Part shown: in pieces, positions 29,091-38,271 of the stretch | How positions within the stretch are numbered: the first letter of the stretch is position 1 | How the letters are laid out: each line of letters begins with the position of its first letter | Source: Elusimicrobiota bacterium | GTDB lineage: Bacteria > Elusimicrobiota > Endomicrobiia > CG1-02-37-114 > JAHJSO01 | DNA: 64,000 bases | Assembly (NCBI GenBank): GCA_043826435.1 | Contig: JBDRQF010000007.1 | Location: 973 to 64,972 of the forward strand | Direction of reading: 5' to 3' | Notes under the pieces: generated by a model | The model's input: only the letters and a program-made list of their open reading frames with translations | Told to the model about the DNA's origin: nothing | Databases searched by the model: none | Made by a program: the position numbers and the translations under genes

Positions 29091-29807
29091 ATGCTTTTGA
29101 GAATCTACCGCAAACTCCTGAAATACTTCGGCCCGCAGGGCTGGTGGCCTATTAACGCCCTGTATGACCCTTCAAAAAAGACATTCACCCGCGCTGAAAA
29201 ATTTGAAATAATGGCGGGCGCAATTCTCACCCAGAATACGTCATGGAAGAACGTTGAAAAAGCCCTCTCAAACCTGAGAAAAGAAAAACTCCTGGACATA
29301 ACGGCCATCTCCGAAGTTAACATAAAAATACTCCGGGGGGTAATCAGGCCGTCAGGATTTTTTAAGCAGAAGGCATCCCGGCTTAAAAACTTCGCAAGGC
29401 GTGTCCGGACGGAAGCCGACCGCTCGTATGGCAACATTACCAGGGAATATCTTTTATCCTTAAACGGCATAGGGCCTGAAACCGCGGATTCAATAATGCT
29501 CTATGCCCTCGGCAAACCGTATTTCGTCATTGACGCATATACGAAGCGGTTGATAAAAAGGGCCGGCCTTACGGACGCCGACGATTATGAAACACTGCGG
29601 CAATTCTTTCAGAAAAACCTGCCCGCAGACACGGAAATATTCGGTGAATATCACGCCCTGATTGTAGCCCTCGCTAAAAAATTCTGTAAAAAAGTCCCGG
29701 AATGCCGCGGCTGCCCGATTTCGGCCAACTGTTCGATCGTCAGGAGTGCACCGACAGTCAGGGGTAGGGGGCAGGGACTCCCGACGGACGCACTTGACAC
29801 CCGTTAA
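29091..29807 (+). CDS. Endonuclease III-related HhH-GPD protein with 4Fe-4S motif (ORF track starts at 28989; 29091 is the likelier start)
   Basis: GPQGWWP, GAILTQNTSWKNV, IRPSGFFKQKA, LNGIGPETADS, FVIDAYTKR, CKKVPECRGCPISANC. Confidence 0.88.
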   Translation: MLLRIYRKLLKYFGPQGWWPINALYDPSKKTFTRAEKFEIMAGAILTQNTSWKNVEKALSNLRKEKLLDITAISEVNIKILRGVIRPSGFFKQKASRLKNFARRVRTEADRSYGNITREYLLSLNGIGPETADSIMLYALGKPYFVIDAYTKRLIKRAGLTDADDYETLRQFFQKNLPADTEIFGEYHALIVALAKKFCKKVPECRGCPISANCSIVRSAPTVRGRGQGLPTDALDTR

Positions 29808-29823
29808 AAATTTATGGTATAAT
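29794..29823 (+). promoter_or_regulatory. Consensus sigma70 promoter
   Basis: TTGACA-N18-TATAAT with TGn extension. Confidence 0.7.
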
Positions 29824-29933
29824 CGCTAAGGTGATACCCGACACACCTGAAACAAACCTAAAGGGGCCGATAAAAAACAGGGTTTCACGAATCCCAGAAA
29901 CACAGTAATAACTTAAAGATAGAGTGGATTAAA

Positions 29934-30119
29934 ATGAAATCAGTCAGACATATTAAAGGCCTTACGGAAGGCCTGAATTGCTTTCTTCAACTTACCTCTG
30001 AATTTAGAAAAAATAAAATCTTTATACCGAAAGGGGTCTATAAATTTAAAACACTGGAAGAGGCAGAAAAATGGCGACACCTGATGATAATAGGCAAGAG
30101 TCCCGTCCACCGACGATAG
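29934..30119 (+). CDS. Small protein of the kind found upstream of minimal nucleotidyltransferases (antitoxin-like partner)
   Basis: 61 aa with IPKGVYKFKTLEEAEKW motif; its 3' end overlaps the NTase stub. Confidence 0.6.
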   Translation: MKSVRHIKGLTEGLNCFLQLTSEFRKNKIFIPKGVYKFKTLEEAEKWRHLMIIGKSPVHRR

Positions 30120-30238
30120 ATGACCTTGTTATGATATGCGAGAAACTCAATGAAGAGAAAGCAAAATATATTGTTATAAGAGTGAAGAAAAACAATAAGA
30201 AGTGGACGCATGACCGAACAGAACATTACCTTTTTTGA
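30071..30238 (+). pseudogene. Truncated nucleotidyltransferase (N-terminal stub)
   Basis: MATPDDNRQESRPPTIDDLVMICEKLNEEKAKYIVI, then the sequence departs exactly where the GG.A..H...RAT.DID catalytic segment is expected; stops after 55 aa. Confidence 0.6.
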
Positions 30239-31073
30239 TGTAGAAACAACGGGGCTGGACCCCGGTTTCGGCGACAGAATATGCGAAATCGCCATTCTGC
30301 GCTGCACACCTGACCTTAAAATATGCGACACGTTCCGGAGTTTCGTCAACCCCGAAAGAACCATTTCACCCGGCGCGTTTCAGATAAACGGCATTACCAT
30401 AGATATGGTAAATGCCGCTCCACTGTTTAAATTTCTGGCAGAAAATGTTTTGTCCCTGCTGGACAACTCGGTTGTCGTCTGTCACAACGCCCCGTTTGAC
30501 CTTTCATTCCTGGAATTTGAACTCTCCAGAATAAACATCCCTATGATAAATAACGGCGTCATTGACACGTTAAAAATCGCCAGGAAACATTTCAATTTTG
30601 TGTCAAACGGCCTCCAGAATATAGCCAGAGATCTCGGCATCAAAGTGGAAGAGAAACACCGGGCGCTGGCGGACGTCGTAACAACCAGGAAGGTACTGCA
30701 GTATTTCTGGAAGAACCTCTCAAAAGACGGGCGCCCGGGGCACCCCGGGGACCCAACGATTTTTTGTCTTGTTGAAAAATCCCCCACCGCCTCGCTCTGC
30801 CGGAATTATGAAAAATCAGGAACGACGAACGGTTCCTCAGCGCAAAAAAGATACCCTGCCCTGCCACCGGCGCTTGACGAGATAATTACTTCAGGCAGGA
30901 TGGTCCAGATAAAATACCTTTCACGGGGTGGGGTGCTCACAAAAAGGACGGTGGAGCCGACGCAGGTATTAAGGCGCCGCGGCCATTTATACCTGATGGC
31001 TTTCTGCCATGTGCGGCAGGAAACACGCATCTTCCGCATTGACAGGATTATTAAAATGAAGATATGCAAATAA
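30210..31073 (+). CDS. DEDDh 3'-5' exonuclease (DnaQ-like) fused to a C-terminal WYL domain
   Basis: FFDVETTGL, CHNAPFDLSFL, HRALAD; C-terminal IKYLSRGGVLTKRTVEP...YLMAFCHVRQETRIFRIDRI. Confidence 0.9.
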   Translation: MTEQNITFFDVETTGLDPGFGDRICEIAILRCTPDLKICDTFRSFVNPERTISPGAFQINGITIDMVNAAPLFKFLAENVLSLLDNSVVVCHNAPFDLSFLEFELSRINIPMINNGVIDTLKIARKHFNFVSNGLQNIARDLGIKVEEKHRALADVVTTRKVLQYFWKNLSKDGRPGHPGDPTIFCLVEKSPTASLCRNYEKSGTTNGSSAQKRYPALPPALDEIITSGRMVQIKYLSRGGVLTKRTVEPTQVLRRRGHLYLMAFCHVRQETRIFRIDRIIKMKICK

Positions 31074-31088
31074 TAAACTCATTCTATG

Positions 31089-31127
31089 AGCGTGCGTTAA
31101 CCCACTATGGCGTTCACACCCTTTTGG
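31089..31127 (-). repeat. Dispersed hairpin element (same family as 47819-47868)
   Basis: agcgtgcgttaa-N9-gcgttcacacccttt, versus agcgtgcgttaa-N9-gctttcgcaacgcttt at 47824. Confidence 0.7.
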
Positions 31128-31131
31128 TTTT

Positions 31132-32589
31132 TCAGGCCTTCCATTTATTTATCATACTGAATTTCATATTCTGCAGGTTTTTCGTGATGCTTACCTTGTA
31201 CACGTGCGGGTTCAGTAACCTCTTATAGGTCGGATGCAACGTTTTCAGGTTGGAGAGCGTCTTTGACTGAATCCCGGGTAGCGACGGGAATTCGTAATTT
31301 ATTTTCCCGCCCCTCACAACGTTCCTCAGCAGCGCCCTCGTCCGCCCGTAACCGCTTACCCTGACGCTCTTGTACGTATAGTCGGGATGAAAAAGCGCCA
31401 TTGTTGATTTAGCCCGCGACTTCCCCGTAATTGCGGTCTTTTCTTTTTCCAGAAATATCAGGTCAGCAAGCATGAATTTGTCCCTGCCATAAATACGTAG
31501 GACGTTTTTTACGCCCGGGTTTGTGGTCTTTCCGGGATTGTCGGACACCTTTATGCACGGGACAAACCTCTTCCCAGGTTTTCTTGCCACAAGTTTATAA
31601 ACCCCCGTAAGGGCGGAATCCCCCTTTGCCGTGACAAGGTTCGTGCCGACGCCAAACGAGTCAATGGGTGATTTTTTATTTATCAGTTGTTCAATCGTGT
31701 ATTCGTCAAGTTCGTTTGATACGACGATCTTCGCCTCTCTCAGGTTTGCGGAGTCAAGCATTGCCCTCGCCTGTTTGCTGATGTATTCCAGGTCGCCGCT
31801 GTCAAGACGAATGCCGAAGTTTTTTATCCCCCTGTGTTTAAGTTTCCTGAATACCTTTATTGCGGCGGGGATGCCCGACTTCAGCGTGCTGTAAGTATCC
31901 ACGAGAAGTATCGTGTTTTCAGGATACAACCGGGCGAAGTTTTCAAAGGCGTCCGATTCGGATTCAAACGACATAACCCAAGAGTGCGCCATCGTGCCTT
32001 TCGGCGGGATGTTAAACGTTTTGGCAGCCATGACGTTTGAGGTCGCCTCCGCCCCGCCGATGAAAGCCGCCCTTGAAGCGGACATCGCTCCGTCGGGTCC
32101 CTGCGCCCTCCTTAACCCGAACTCAATTATGCGCCTTCCCTTCGCCGCCTCCCTTATCCTTGCCGTCTTCGTAGCGACGAGTGTTTGATAATTGGTGATA
32201 TTCAACAGGATGCTCTCTAATAACTGGGCTTCAATGATACCGGAATGGACTCTTACCAGCGGCTCGTTCGGAAAAACCAGTTCCCCCTCTTCCACGGAAT
32301 ATAAATCCCCGGTAAATCTGAATTTTGACAGGTACTTCAGGAACTCCGGCTTAAACAGGCCCAAAGTATCCAGATAACCCAGGTGGTCGTCGGTAAACCT
32401 AAAATTCAGTATTGAGTTCACGAGCGGCTCAAGGCCAGCAAACACTGCATAGCCCCCATTAAACGGCGTTCGCCTGAAAAACATGTCAAACACCACGGGG
32501 ACGTTCTTATGACAGAGATAGTAGCCCTGCATCATTGTCAGTTCGTATAAATCGGTAAGCAAAACGGGGTTGTCTTTTTTATCGTTCAT
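31132..32589 (-). CDS. pncB: Nicotinate phosphoribosyltransferase
   Basis: LLTDLYELTM, EFGLRRAQG, GTMAHSW, LLVDTY, IRLDSGDL, FGVGT, GVYKL. Confidence 0.97.
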   Translation of the reverse strand: MNDKKDNPVLLTDLYELTMMQGYYLCHKNVPVVFDMFFRRTPFNGGYAVFAGLEPLVNSILNFRFTDDHLGYLDTLGLFKPEFLKYLSKFRFTGDLYSVEEGELVFPNEPLVRVHSGIIEAQLLESILLNITNYQTLVATKTARIREAAKGRRIIEFGLRRAQGPDGAMSASRAAFIGGAEATSNVMAAKTFNIPPKGTMAHSWVMSFESESDAFENFARLYPENTILLVDTYSTLKSGIPAAIKVFRKLKHRGIKNFGIRLDSGDLEYISKQARAMLDSANLREAKIVVSNELDEYTIEQLINKKSPIDSFGVGTNLVTAKGDSALTGVYKLVARKPGKRFVPCIKVSDNPGKTTNPGVKNVLRIYGRDKFMLADLIFLEKEKTAITGKSRAKSTMALFHPDYTYKSVRVSGYGRTRALLRNVVRGGKINYEFPSLPGIQSKTLSNLKTLHPTYKRLLNPHVYKVSITKNLQNMKFSMINKWKA

Positions 32590-32625
32590 TAACTCCTCTT
32601 GCAGGCGTGCGGGATAACGTAAGCG

Positions 32626-33072
32626 TTAAAGTTTCTTTATCAATGGGATTTCCTTGCAATTGGGGAAATATACGCACCTCACGCATTCAATCCATATTTT
32701 GTGCGGAAGTTTTTCTCTCGTGGTCTCCTTGAATTTATTCTTCCTGAAGAACGACGGGATAAAAGTCAGGGCGAACAACCGTTTCACCCCCAGTTGCCTC
32801 GCCTCTTTCTCGCTCTCTTTCAGGAGTAAAGTACCGTAGCCCTTCCTTGCATACCTTGGGCTAACCGCCAGCGATTTAATCTCAGCAAGGTCCTCCCATG
32901 TAACGTGGAGGGCGCAGCACCCGATTATCCTCTTGTTTTTCTCAATGACAAAAAACCCCTGGATGTTCTCGTAAATCTCGCTCAATGACCTCGCAAGCAT
33001 AAGCCGTTTATTGGCGTAGTAATGAATCAGTTTGTAAATATCCTGGGCATCTGAAATTCTGGCTTTTCTCAT
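32626..33072 (-). CDS. GNAT N-acetyltransferase, short ArgA-like amino-acid acetyltransferase (ORF track 5' extension to 33267 runs through a repeat)
   Basis: MRKARISD, MLARSLSEIYENI, LAEIKSLAV, GYGTLL, LFALT, LPHKIWIECVRC. Confidence 0.88.
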   Translation of the reverse strand: MRKARISDAQDIYKLIHYYANKRLMLARSLSEIYENIQGFFVIEKNKRIIGCCALHVTWEDLAEIKSLAVSPRYARKGYGTLLLKESEKEARQLGVKRLFALTFIPSFFRKNKFKETTREKLPHKIWIECVRCVYFPNCKEIPLIKKL

Positions 33073-33122
33073 GTTTACCCCCATCAGTCCCCCCCATCTA
33101 TAAACAGATTGGGGAACCCAAC

Positions 33123-33256
33123 TGTCATTGCGAGGGGCGAAGCCCCGAAGCAATCCCCTTTTACCGACGAGATTGCCACGCCCTTCGGGCTCGCAATGAC
33201 AATCCAATTGGTATTCAAATGATGTGTCATTGCGAGGCGCAGCCGTGGCAATCTCA
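33123..33256. repeat. Palindromic REP/RPE-like element (one full unit plus a half unit)
   Basis: TGTCATTGCGAG 33123-33134 and CTCGCAATGACA 33190-33201 form a perfect 12-bp inverted repeat with inner GCAATC/GATTGC; a second TGTCATTGCGAG..GGCAATCTC starts at 33225. Confidence 0.85.
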
Positions 33257-33835
33257 TTCCCCTGCACCCGCAGCCACCATCCCCTCCTTAAACGCTTTAA
33301 GGTTGAGTTGGATTACGGCGGGCGGCGTCTTTGAGAAAAATTTCTTTATTGACTCAACCGCGCTGTTTTCCGATATAATATTTTTGAGTTTCGTATAGGC
33401 GCCCAGCATCACGACGTTGGCGCACCTGAGGTCGCCTACCCTCCGGGCTATTTCCGACGCAGGGATGCCGATGGTTTTATTTTTGCCCTGCCCGGCGCCA
33501 TTCTTCTGTCCCGTGTGGATATCAACGAGGGATGAATTGACGATAAGCATCCCGTCCGGCGCCAGTCTTGACAGGAACTTCGCATAAGAAGGGGCATTCA
33601 TTATTATCATCGTTTTATACAGGGAGACCACCGGCGACCCGATTTCCCTATCTGAAATTATAACGGCGCAGTTCGCCGTACCACCCCTTATCTCCGCTCC
33701 GTAACTCGGGTAGTAGGTAACGAATTTTTCTTCCTCAACCGCCGACTGGACAAGGAGTTTCCCGAAAGCGAGCACCCCCTGTCCGCCTGCGCCCGCAGCG
33801 AATATTTCATCCTGTATTTGAGAAGTCATACTCAA
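33254..33835 (-). CDS. 2-oxoacid:ferredoxin oxidoreductase gamma subunit
   Basis: AGAGGQGV, PSYGAEIRGGTA, ANVVMLGA. Confidence 0.94.
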   Translation of the reverse strand: MSMTSQIQDEIFAAGAGGQGVLAFGKLLVQSAVEEEKFVTYYPSYGAEIRGGTANCAVIISDREIGSPVVSLYKTMIIMNAPSYAKFLSRLAPDGMLIVNSSLVDIHTGQKNGAGQGKNKTIGIPASEIARRVGDLRCANVVMLGAYTKLKNIISENSAVESIKKFFSKTPPAVIQLNLKAFKEGMVAAGAGE

Positions 33836-33873
33836 CCGCCTTTTATTCCGGTTATTCCGGCAATTTTATTATG

Positions 33874-34617
33874 CTATTTTATTATGCCCAGCGGGAACGT
33901 CTTTGTCATTACCTCGTCCACCCATTTGCATGCTTCAAGAGGCGTCATCTCCCAGTCAACCGGACACATTGACAGTACTTCAACGAGGGCGAACCCCTTT
34001 TTTTCAACCTGGCATTCAAACGCCTTTTTAACCGCCTTCTTCGTTTTCGCAACGTTCGCTGGATTGCTCACACTGCATCTCGCCAGAAACTTCACGCCTT
34101 CAAGAGGGGCGAGCATCTCACACACCTTCAGCGGGTAGCCATCGGCGTCTATCTTTCTGCCGTAAGGCGTTGTAGTTGTCTTCTGTCCGAGCAGGGTGGT
34201 CGGCGCCATCTGGCCGCCCGTCATCCCGTAAGTAGCATTGTTCACGAAAATTACCGTGATGTTTTCGCCCCTGTTAGCAGAATGGACTATCTCCGCAGTG
34301 CCTATCGCAGCCAGGTCGCCGTCTCCCTGGTAGGTAAAGACAATCCTGTCGGGAAGCACCCGCTTTATGCCGGTCGCCACCGCAGGGGGCCTGCCGTGCG
34401 CCGCCTCGGTAACGTCAAAATTCCAGTAGTCGTAGGCGAACACGGCGCAACCGACGGGAGCGATGCCGACTGTTTTCTCCCTTACGCCGAGTTCTTCAAT
34501 AACCTCGGCTACAATACGGTGAATTATGCCGTGCCCGCACCCGGAACAATAAAGGTGCCTTGCCGGCTTTAGTGTTGACGGCGGCTCAAACTTATATAAT
34601 TTTTTTGAGATGTTCAT
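33874..34617 (-). CDS. 2-oxoacid:ferredoxin oxidoreductase beta (TPP-binding) subunit, Vor type
   Basis: [52 protein letters not shown]. Confidence 0.95.
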   Translation of the reverse strand: MNISKKLYKFEPPSTLKPARHLYCSGCGHGIIHRIVAEVIEELGVREKTVGIAPVGCAVFAYDYWNFDVTEAAHGRPPAVATGIKRVLPDRIVFTYQGDGDLAAIGTAEIVHSANRGENITVIFVNNATYGMTGGQMAPTTLLGQKTTTTPYGRKIDADGYPLKVCEMLAPLEGVKFLARCSVSNPANVAKTKKAVKKAFECQVEKKGFALVEVLSMCPVDWEMTPLEACKWVDEVMTKTFPLGIIK

Positions 34618-35689
34618 AAATTTCTTCCGGGGTGAAAATCCCGCCGCCGGGCCTTCCTATAAATTCCACGGGGACAAGTCCGCCGGAAGCAAGCCGGACA
34701 TCCTCCACCATCTGCCCCATGTTCATTTCCGCGACCAGTATCTTTTTGATTTTTTGCGTGATGGAAAAAATTTCTTTTTCGGGGAAGGGCCACAGGGTTA
34801 TGGGCCTTATAATCCCCGCCCTTATGCCTGCGTCCCGGGCGATGTCCACTGCCGATTTGGCTACCCTTGCTGCTATGCCGAAAGCAACGATTGCCACTTC
34901 AGCGTCATCCATTCTGTCCAAATCAACCAGGACTTCATTCTCCCTGATATTCTGATATTTCCGGGCAAGTTTATAATTGTGTTTTTCAAGGGCGCCCTCT
35001 TCCATAATAAGCGACCTGATTTTTCTGGGCTCCCTGCCTTTACACCCGTCCAGCACCCAGTCGGGTAGATATTTTTCTTGCCCGGCAGCCGAATCCCCGG
35101 CAGCCGAATCATATGATTTCAACTCCACCGGCTCCATCATCTGTCCCGTGTAACCGTCGGAAAGAATCATCACGGGGTTCCTGTATTTCTCCGCAAGTTT
35201 GAATGACACAAGGGCGAAATCATACATCTCCTGGACGCCCGCTGGGGCTAACGTTATCATCCGGTAGTCGCCGTGTCCCCCGCCCTTTACCGACTGAAAA
35301 TAGTCCGCCTGTGAGCCGGCTATATTCCCCAGCCCCGGCCCGCCCCTCTGGATATTGGCGATAACGCACGGCAGTTCGCACCCGCACAGGTATGAAATCG
35401 TCTCCTGCATTAAACTTATCCCCGGGGATGATGACGAGGTCATCGCCCTCTTGCCGGCAAGGGCTGAACCGAACACCATGTTTATGGCGGACAGTTCGCT
35501 CTCCGACTGAAGAAATATTCTGCCTAACTCCGGCATTTTTTTTGACATGTAGGAGGCAACTTCGTTTTGCGGGGTTATGGGATAGCCGTAGTAGGCGTCA
35601 CACCCGCCTGCAATTGCTCCCTCGCACAGAGCTATATTTCCCTGCATCGGCACTTTCCTGTTTTTATTTGATTTATCGTTGGCCTTCAT
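34592..35689 (-). CDS. 2-oxoacid:ferredoxin oxidoreductase alpha subunit (3-methyl-2-oxobutanoate dehydrogenase type)
   Basis: [51 protein letters not shown]. Confidence 0.95.
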   Translation of the reverse strand: MKANDKSNKNRKVPMQGNIALCEGAIAGGCDAYYGYPITPQNEVASYMSKKMPELGRIFLQSESELSAINMVFGSALAGKRAMTSSSSPGISLMQETISYLCGCELPCVIANIQRGGPGLGNIAGSQADYFQSVKGGGHGDYRMITLAPAGVQEMYDFALVSFKLAEKYRNPVMILSDGYTGQMMEPVELKSYDSAAGDSAAGQEKYLPDWVLDGCKGREPRKIRSLIMEEGALEKHNYKLARKYQNIRENEVLVDLDRMDDAEVAIVAFGIAARVAKSAVDIARDAGIRAGIIRPITLWPFPEKEIFSITQKIKKILVAEMNMGQMVEDVRLASGGLVPVEFIGRPGGGIFTPEEIYEHLKKII

Positions 35690-35749
35690 AACCTTTTACT
35701 TTGGGTCGCGTCTCATCCGCGGACTTTTATTCCGTCCGCCGCCTGTTCG

Positions 35750-35992
35750 CTAGCCGCCTGAGTGCTTCTCCGACTGCGCCATAATTTTTACGGCATAGTC
35801 GGGGCACATTAGATAGCATATCCCACAGGAGTTGCACCCTTCCGGCGCCGACAGAACCGCAAATTTATTCCCTGCACTGTTAAACCCCGCTGATATTGAC
35901 AGGCATTTCCTCGGGCAGTAAAAAACGCACAGTTCACACCCTTTGCATTTCTCTATATCAAACAACACAGGCCCGTTCTCTGTCTTGGCCAT
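35750..35992 (-). CDS. 2x[4Fe-4S] ferredoxin, delta subunit
   Basis: CKGCELCVFYCP and CNSCGICYLMCP. Confidence 0.93.
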   Translation of the reverse strand: MAKTENGPVLFDIEKCKGCELCVFYCPRKCLSISAGFNSAGNKFAVLSAPEGCNSCGICYLMCPDYAVKIMAQSEKHSGG

Positions 35993-36118
35993 ATTAAGTT
36001 ATGTTCCTTCCCTTCAAAATTTTCTTTTTCATAAAACCAAATCTCCAAACTTATTCTACCAAAAAATAAGAACAATTTCAAGCCAGCCAAGGATTCTGCC
36101 GGCCAAGTCCACTGCCGT

Positions 36119-36147
36119 TTGATTTTTGTCCGGAAATTTGGTATAAT
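36119..36147 (+). promoter_or_regulatory. Sigma70-type promoter
   Basis: TTGATT-N17-TATAAT with TGn; ATG 36156 eight nt downstream, no SD. Confidence 0.6.
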
Positions 36148-36155
36148 TTTTTTGG

Positions 36156-37223
36156 ATGGCGACGATAATACTTCTGATTTTACTCTTTCACTCCTTTCTT
36201 GCGCCTGCGATAGCGGCTCAGGAGGGTGCCGAAACTGCCCCTCAGTGGAGGGTTCAGGAAATCCCGGGCGACTCCGGTTTAATCCCTCCGCCGGTTTATC
36301 TTTGCGCCCTGCCGAACATAAACGACTACCCTATATTCGGCAACGCGGGGTGGGACGGCAACTGGTATGTCGGCTACAATCTCTGCTGGATAGAGAAACT
36401 GCCCCCCGCTCCGCCACGAAACTTCCGCAGCTCTTTCGTCGGTGTAAAATTAGGCAGGGCGAAGACGCACCCTGCGTCAGGCAAACCCTCATGGGAAAAG
36501 GAACCGATACCCGGCAACATATACATCGCAATATCATCAACCCCTGCATGGAAATCCGTACAGAGGTTTCACCTTGTTTCCACGGAAGACATTCCGCTGG
36601 AAGGGGACATGGAAAACGCCCTTGAGGGCGTCGGTGAAGCCCGGTGGTTCTGGGCCGAGGTCCCCATGGACATGATAAACTTTGAAGGCCCGAATTTTAT
36701 CTCCGTGTGGTCGCCGGCAAGTTATTTTATATCAAGGGATTCTGCGCCGATACTGTGCGGCGGCTGGGGGGCAAAGGGCGTGGAAGTGAACACATGGCTC
36801 AATGACGAAATTCAGGGCGCTCCGCCGATAAACCCGGACAACTCCCTGAAAACGCCGATATCCGTATTTGAGCCGGCTATCGCCATAAAACTCATTCCTG
36901 AGGAAACAACCCGGGAAATAAGGGTTTTTATAAACTCTGTCCGCGAGGGGAAACCCGGCGCCGGCACAAAGGTTATTGATTCGTCGGTGCAGGGCTACCA
37001 GATAGACAGGGCATGGCTTGAGGTTGCAACGGTGACAACAACATACAGGAAAATAGGGAGGTACTTGTATAACCCTCCATATACCTTCACGCTGAATCCG
37101 CAGTCGTTGCCGCGCGGGAACATTTTTATCCGCGTTGCTGCCGAAGACGAGTGGGCGAACAAGGGCAACAGCGCCCCTTTTGAAATGATAGTTGAGGCAG
37201 GCATTGAGAAAAAGGCGAGATGA
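36156..37223 (+). CDS. Hypothetical exported protein with C-terminal Ig-like domain
   Basis: Signal peptide (MATIILLILLFHSFLAPAIAA); Trp/Pro-rich beta-type body; C-terminal PPYTFTL..IFIRVAAEDEWANKGNS resembles Big-type domains. Confidence 0.65.
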   Translation: MATIILLILLFHSFLAPAIAAQEGAETAPQWRVQEIPGDSGLIPPPVYLCALPNINDYPIFGNAGWDGNWYVGYNLCWIEKLPPAPPRNFRSSFVGVKLGRAKTHPASGKPSWEKEPIPGNIYIAISSTPAWKSVQRFHLVSTEDIPLEGDMENALEGVGEARWFWAEVPMDMINFEGPNFISVWSPASYFISRDSAPILCGGWGAKGVEVNTWLNDEIQGAPPINPDNSLKTPISVFEPAIAIKLIPEETTREIRVFINSVREGKPGAGTKVIDSSVQGYQIDRAWLEVATVTTTYRKIGRYLYNPPYTFTLNPQSLPRGNIFIRVAAEDEWANKGNSAPFEMIVEAGIEKKAR

Positions 37224-37752
37224 CTCCCGTCAATTTTATGTAAAGAAGAGAAATTATCGTTTTGGAATCCATTATCTTTCCGCTCCTGACCCACTCAACC
37301 GCCGTATCAAAAGGTATTATTATCCTGTCGATAAACTCGTCCTTGTCCGGTTTTGTTTCAACCGGGGTCAGGTCGCGGGCGATATAAATGTGGACTACCT
37401 CCGTTGAAAATGCCGGCGTGGGCCAGTATGATATGAACCTTTTGACGCTCCCTGCAGCAAACCCCGTCTCTTCTGCGAGTTCCCTGCGGACGCAATCAGT
37501 AAGCCCCTCTTTACGGTCAAGTTTGCCTGCGGGTATCTCGTAGGTGATTTTTCTGACGGGATACCTGTATTGCCGGACAAGCACGATGTTGTTCTCGTCA
37601 ACAAACGGCACGACAGCCACCGCGTTCGGGTGATGGGTGAACTCCCTTTTCGCCTTATTGCCGTCGGGCAACAGCACGGTATCAACAAAAAAATCCAGAG
37701 CTTTCCCCGTGTAGAGTTTGTTTTTCCTGTATGGCTTTTCTATGAATTTCAT
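37126..37752 (-). CDS. NUDIX hydrolase (ADP-ribose pyrophosphatase-like)
   Basis: HPNAVAVVP, RQYRYP, EIPAGKLD...RRELAEETG Nudix box. Confidence 0.93.
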   Translation of the reverse strand: MKFIEKPYRKNKLYTGKALDFFVDTVLLPDGNKAKREFTHHPNAVAVVPFVDENNIVLVRQYRYPVRKITYEIPAGKLDRKEGLTDCVRRELAEETGFAAGSVKRFISYWPTPAFSTEVVHIYIARDLTPVETKPDKDEFIDRIIIPFDTAVEWVRSGKIMDSKTIISLLYIKLTGVISPFSQCLPQLSFQKGRCCPCSPTRLRQQRG

Positions 37753-37785
37753 TATAAGTGACGCACATGGGACTGCGTTCGTGCG

Positions 37786-38235
37786 CTAAACGTCAAATAT
37801 TATTTTCGTGGTGTATGAGCCATCTTTCCGCCGTTTTATCTTTATGTCGTGGTAAGTCGCCGCCTTGATCTCAAAATTCAGTTTGTGTTTTGCCGGGTCT
37901 ATTTTTTCTCCCGATGCCTCCGCCGACATAAAATATTTTCCCGCCTTTTCTCCCATCCGCTTCACCCTGAACAGGATGAACAGGAATTTGTCCGCACTGA
38001 AACGGTAAACGAGTTCGTTCAGAAAATTTATCAAGAGTGATTCGTAATCAACGCCTTCCGTTTTTATGCGGTATGTTTTCTTCGGCCTGACACCGTCGAC
38101 GCCGTCCAGCATGATGCTGAGCATTCCCGTTGCAGCGTTTTCAAAAAGACCGGCGAGCGTTCCGCCAAAAACCTGCAGGCCAATGTCTGCCGTATGTTCA
38201 ATTATTTTGAATTTCATGAAAGAGGCCGGCCACAC
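37786..38235 (-). CDS. Archease
   Basis: EHTADIG, LINFLNELVY, EIKAATYH, IIFDV. Confidence 0.93.
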   Translation of the reverse strand: MWPASFMKFKIIEHTADIGLQVFGGTLAGLFENAATGMLSIMLDGVDGVRPKKTYRIKTEGVDYESLLINFLNELVYRFSADKFLFILFRVKRMGEKAGKYFMSAEASGEKIDPAKHKLNFEIKAATYHDIKIKRRKDGSYTTKIIFDV

Positions 38236-38271
38236 GCCCGGACGGACACCGCCACGGGGTTAGTTACCCCT

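Noticed and set aside
29824-29933. Long leader as a riboswitch
   Set aside because: No match by eye to c-di-GMP, c-di-AMP, fluoride, SAM or TPP consensus; an Rfam scan would be needed
33073-33267. N-terminal 65 aa of the GNAT ORF
   Set aside because: Translation of the palindromic element; homology begins at MRKARIS
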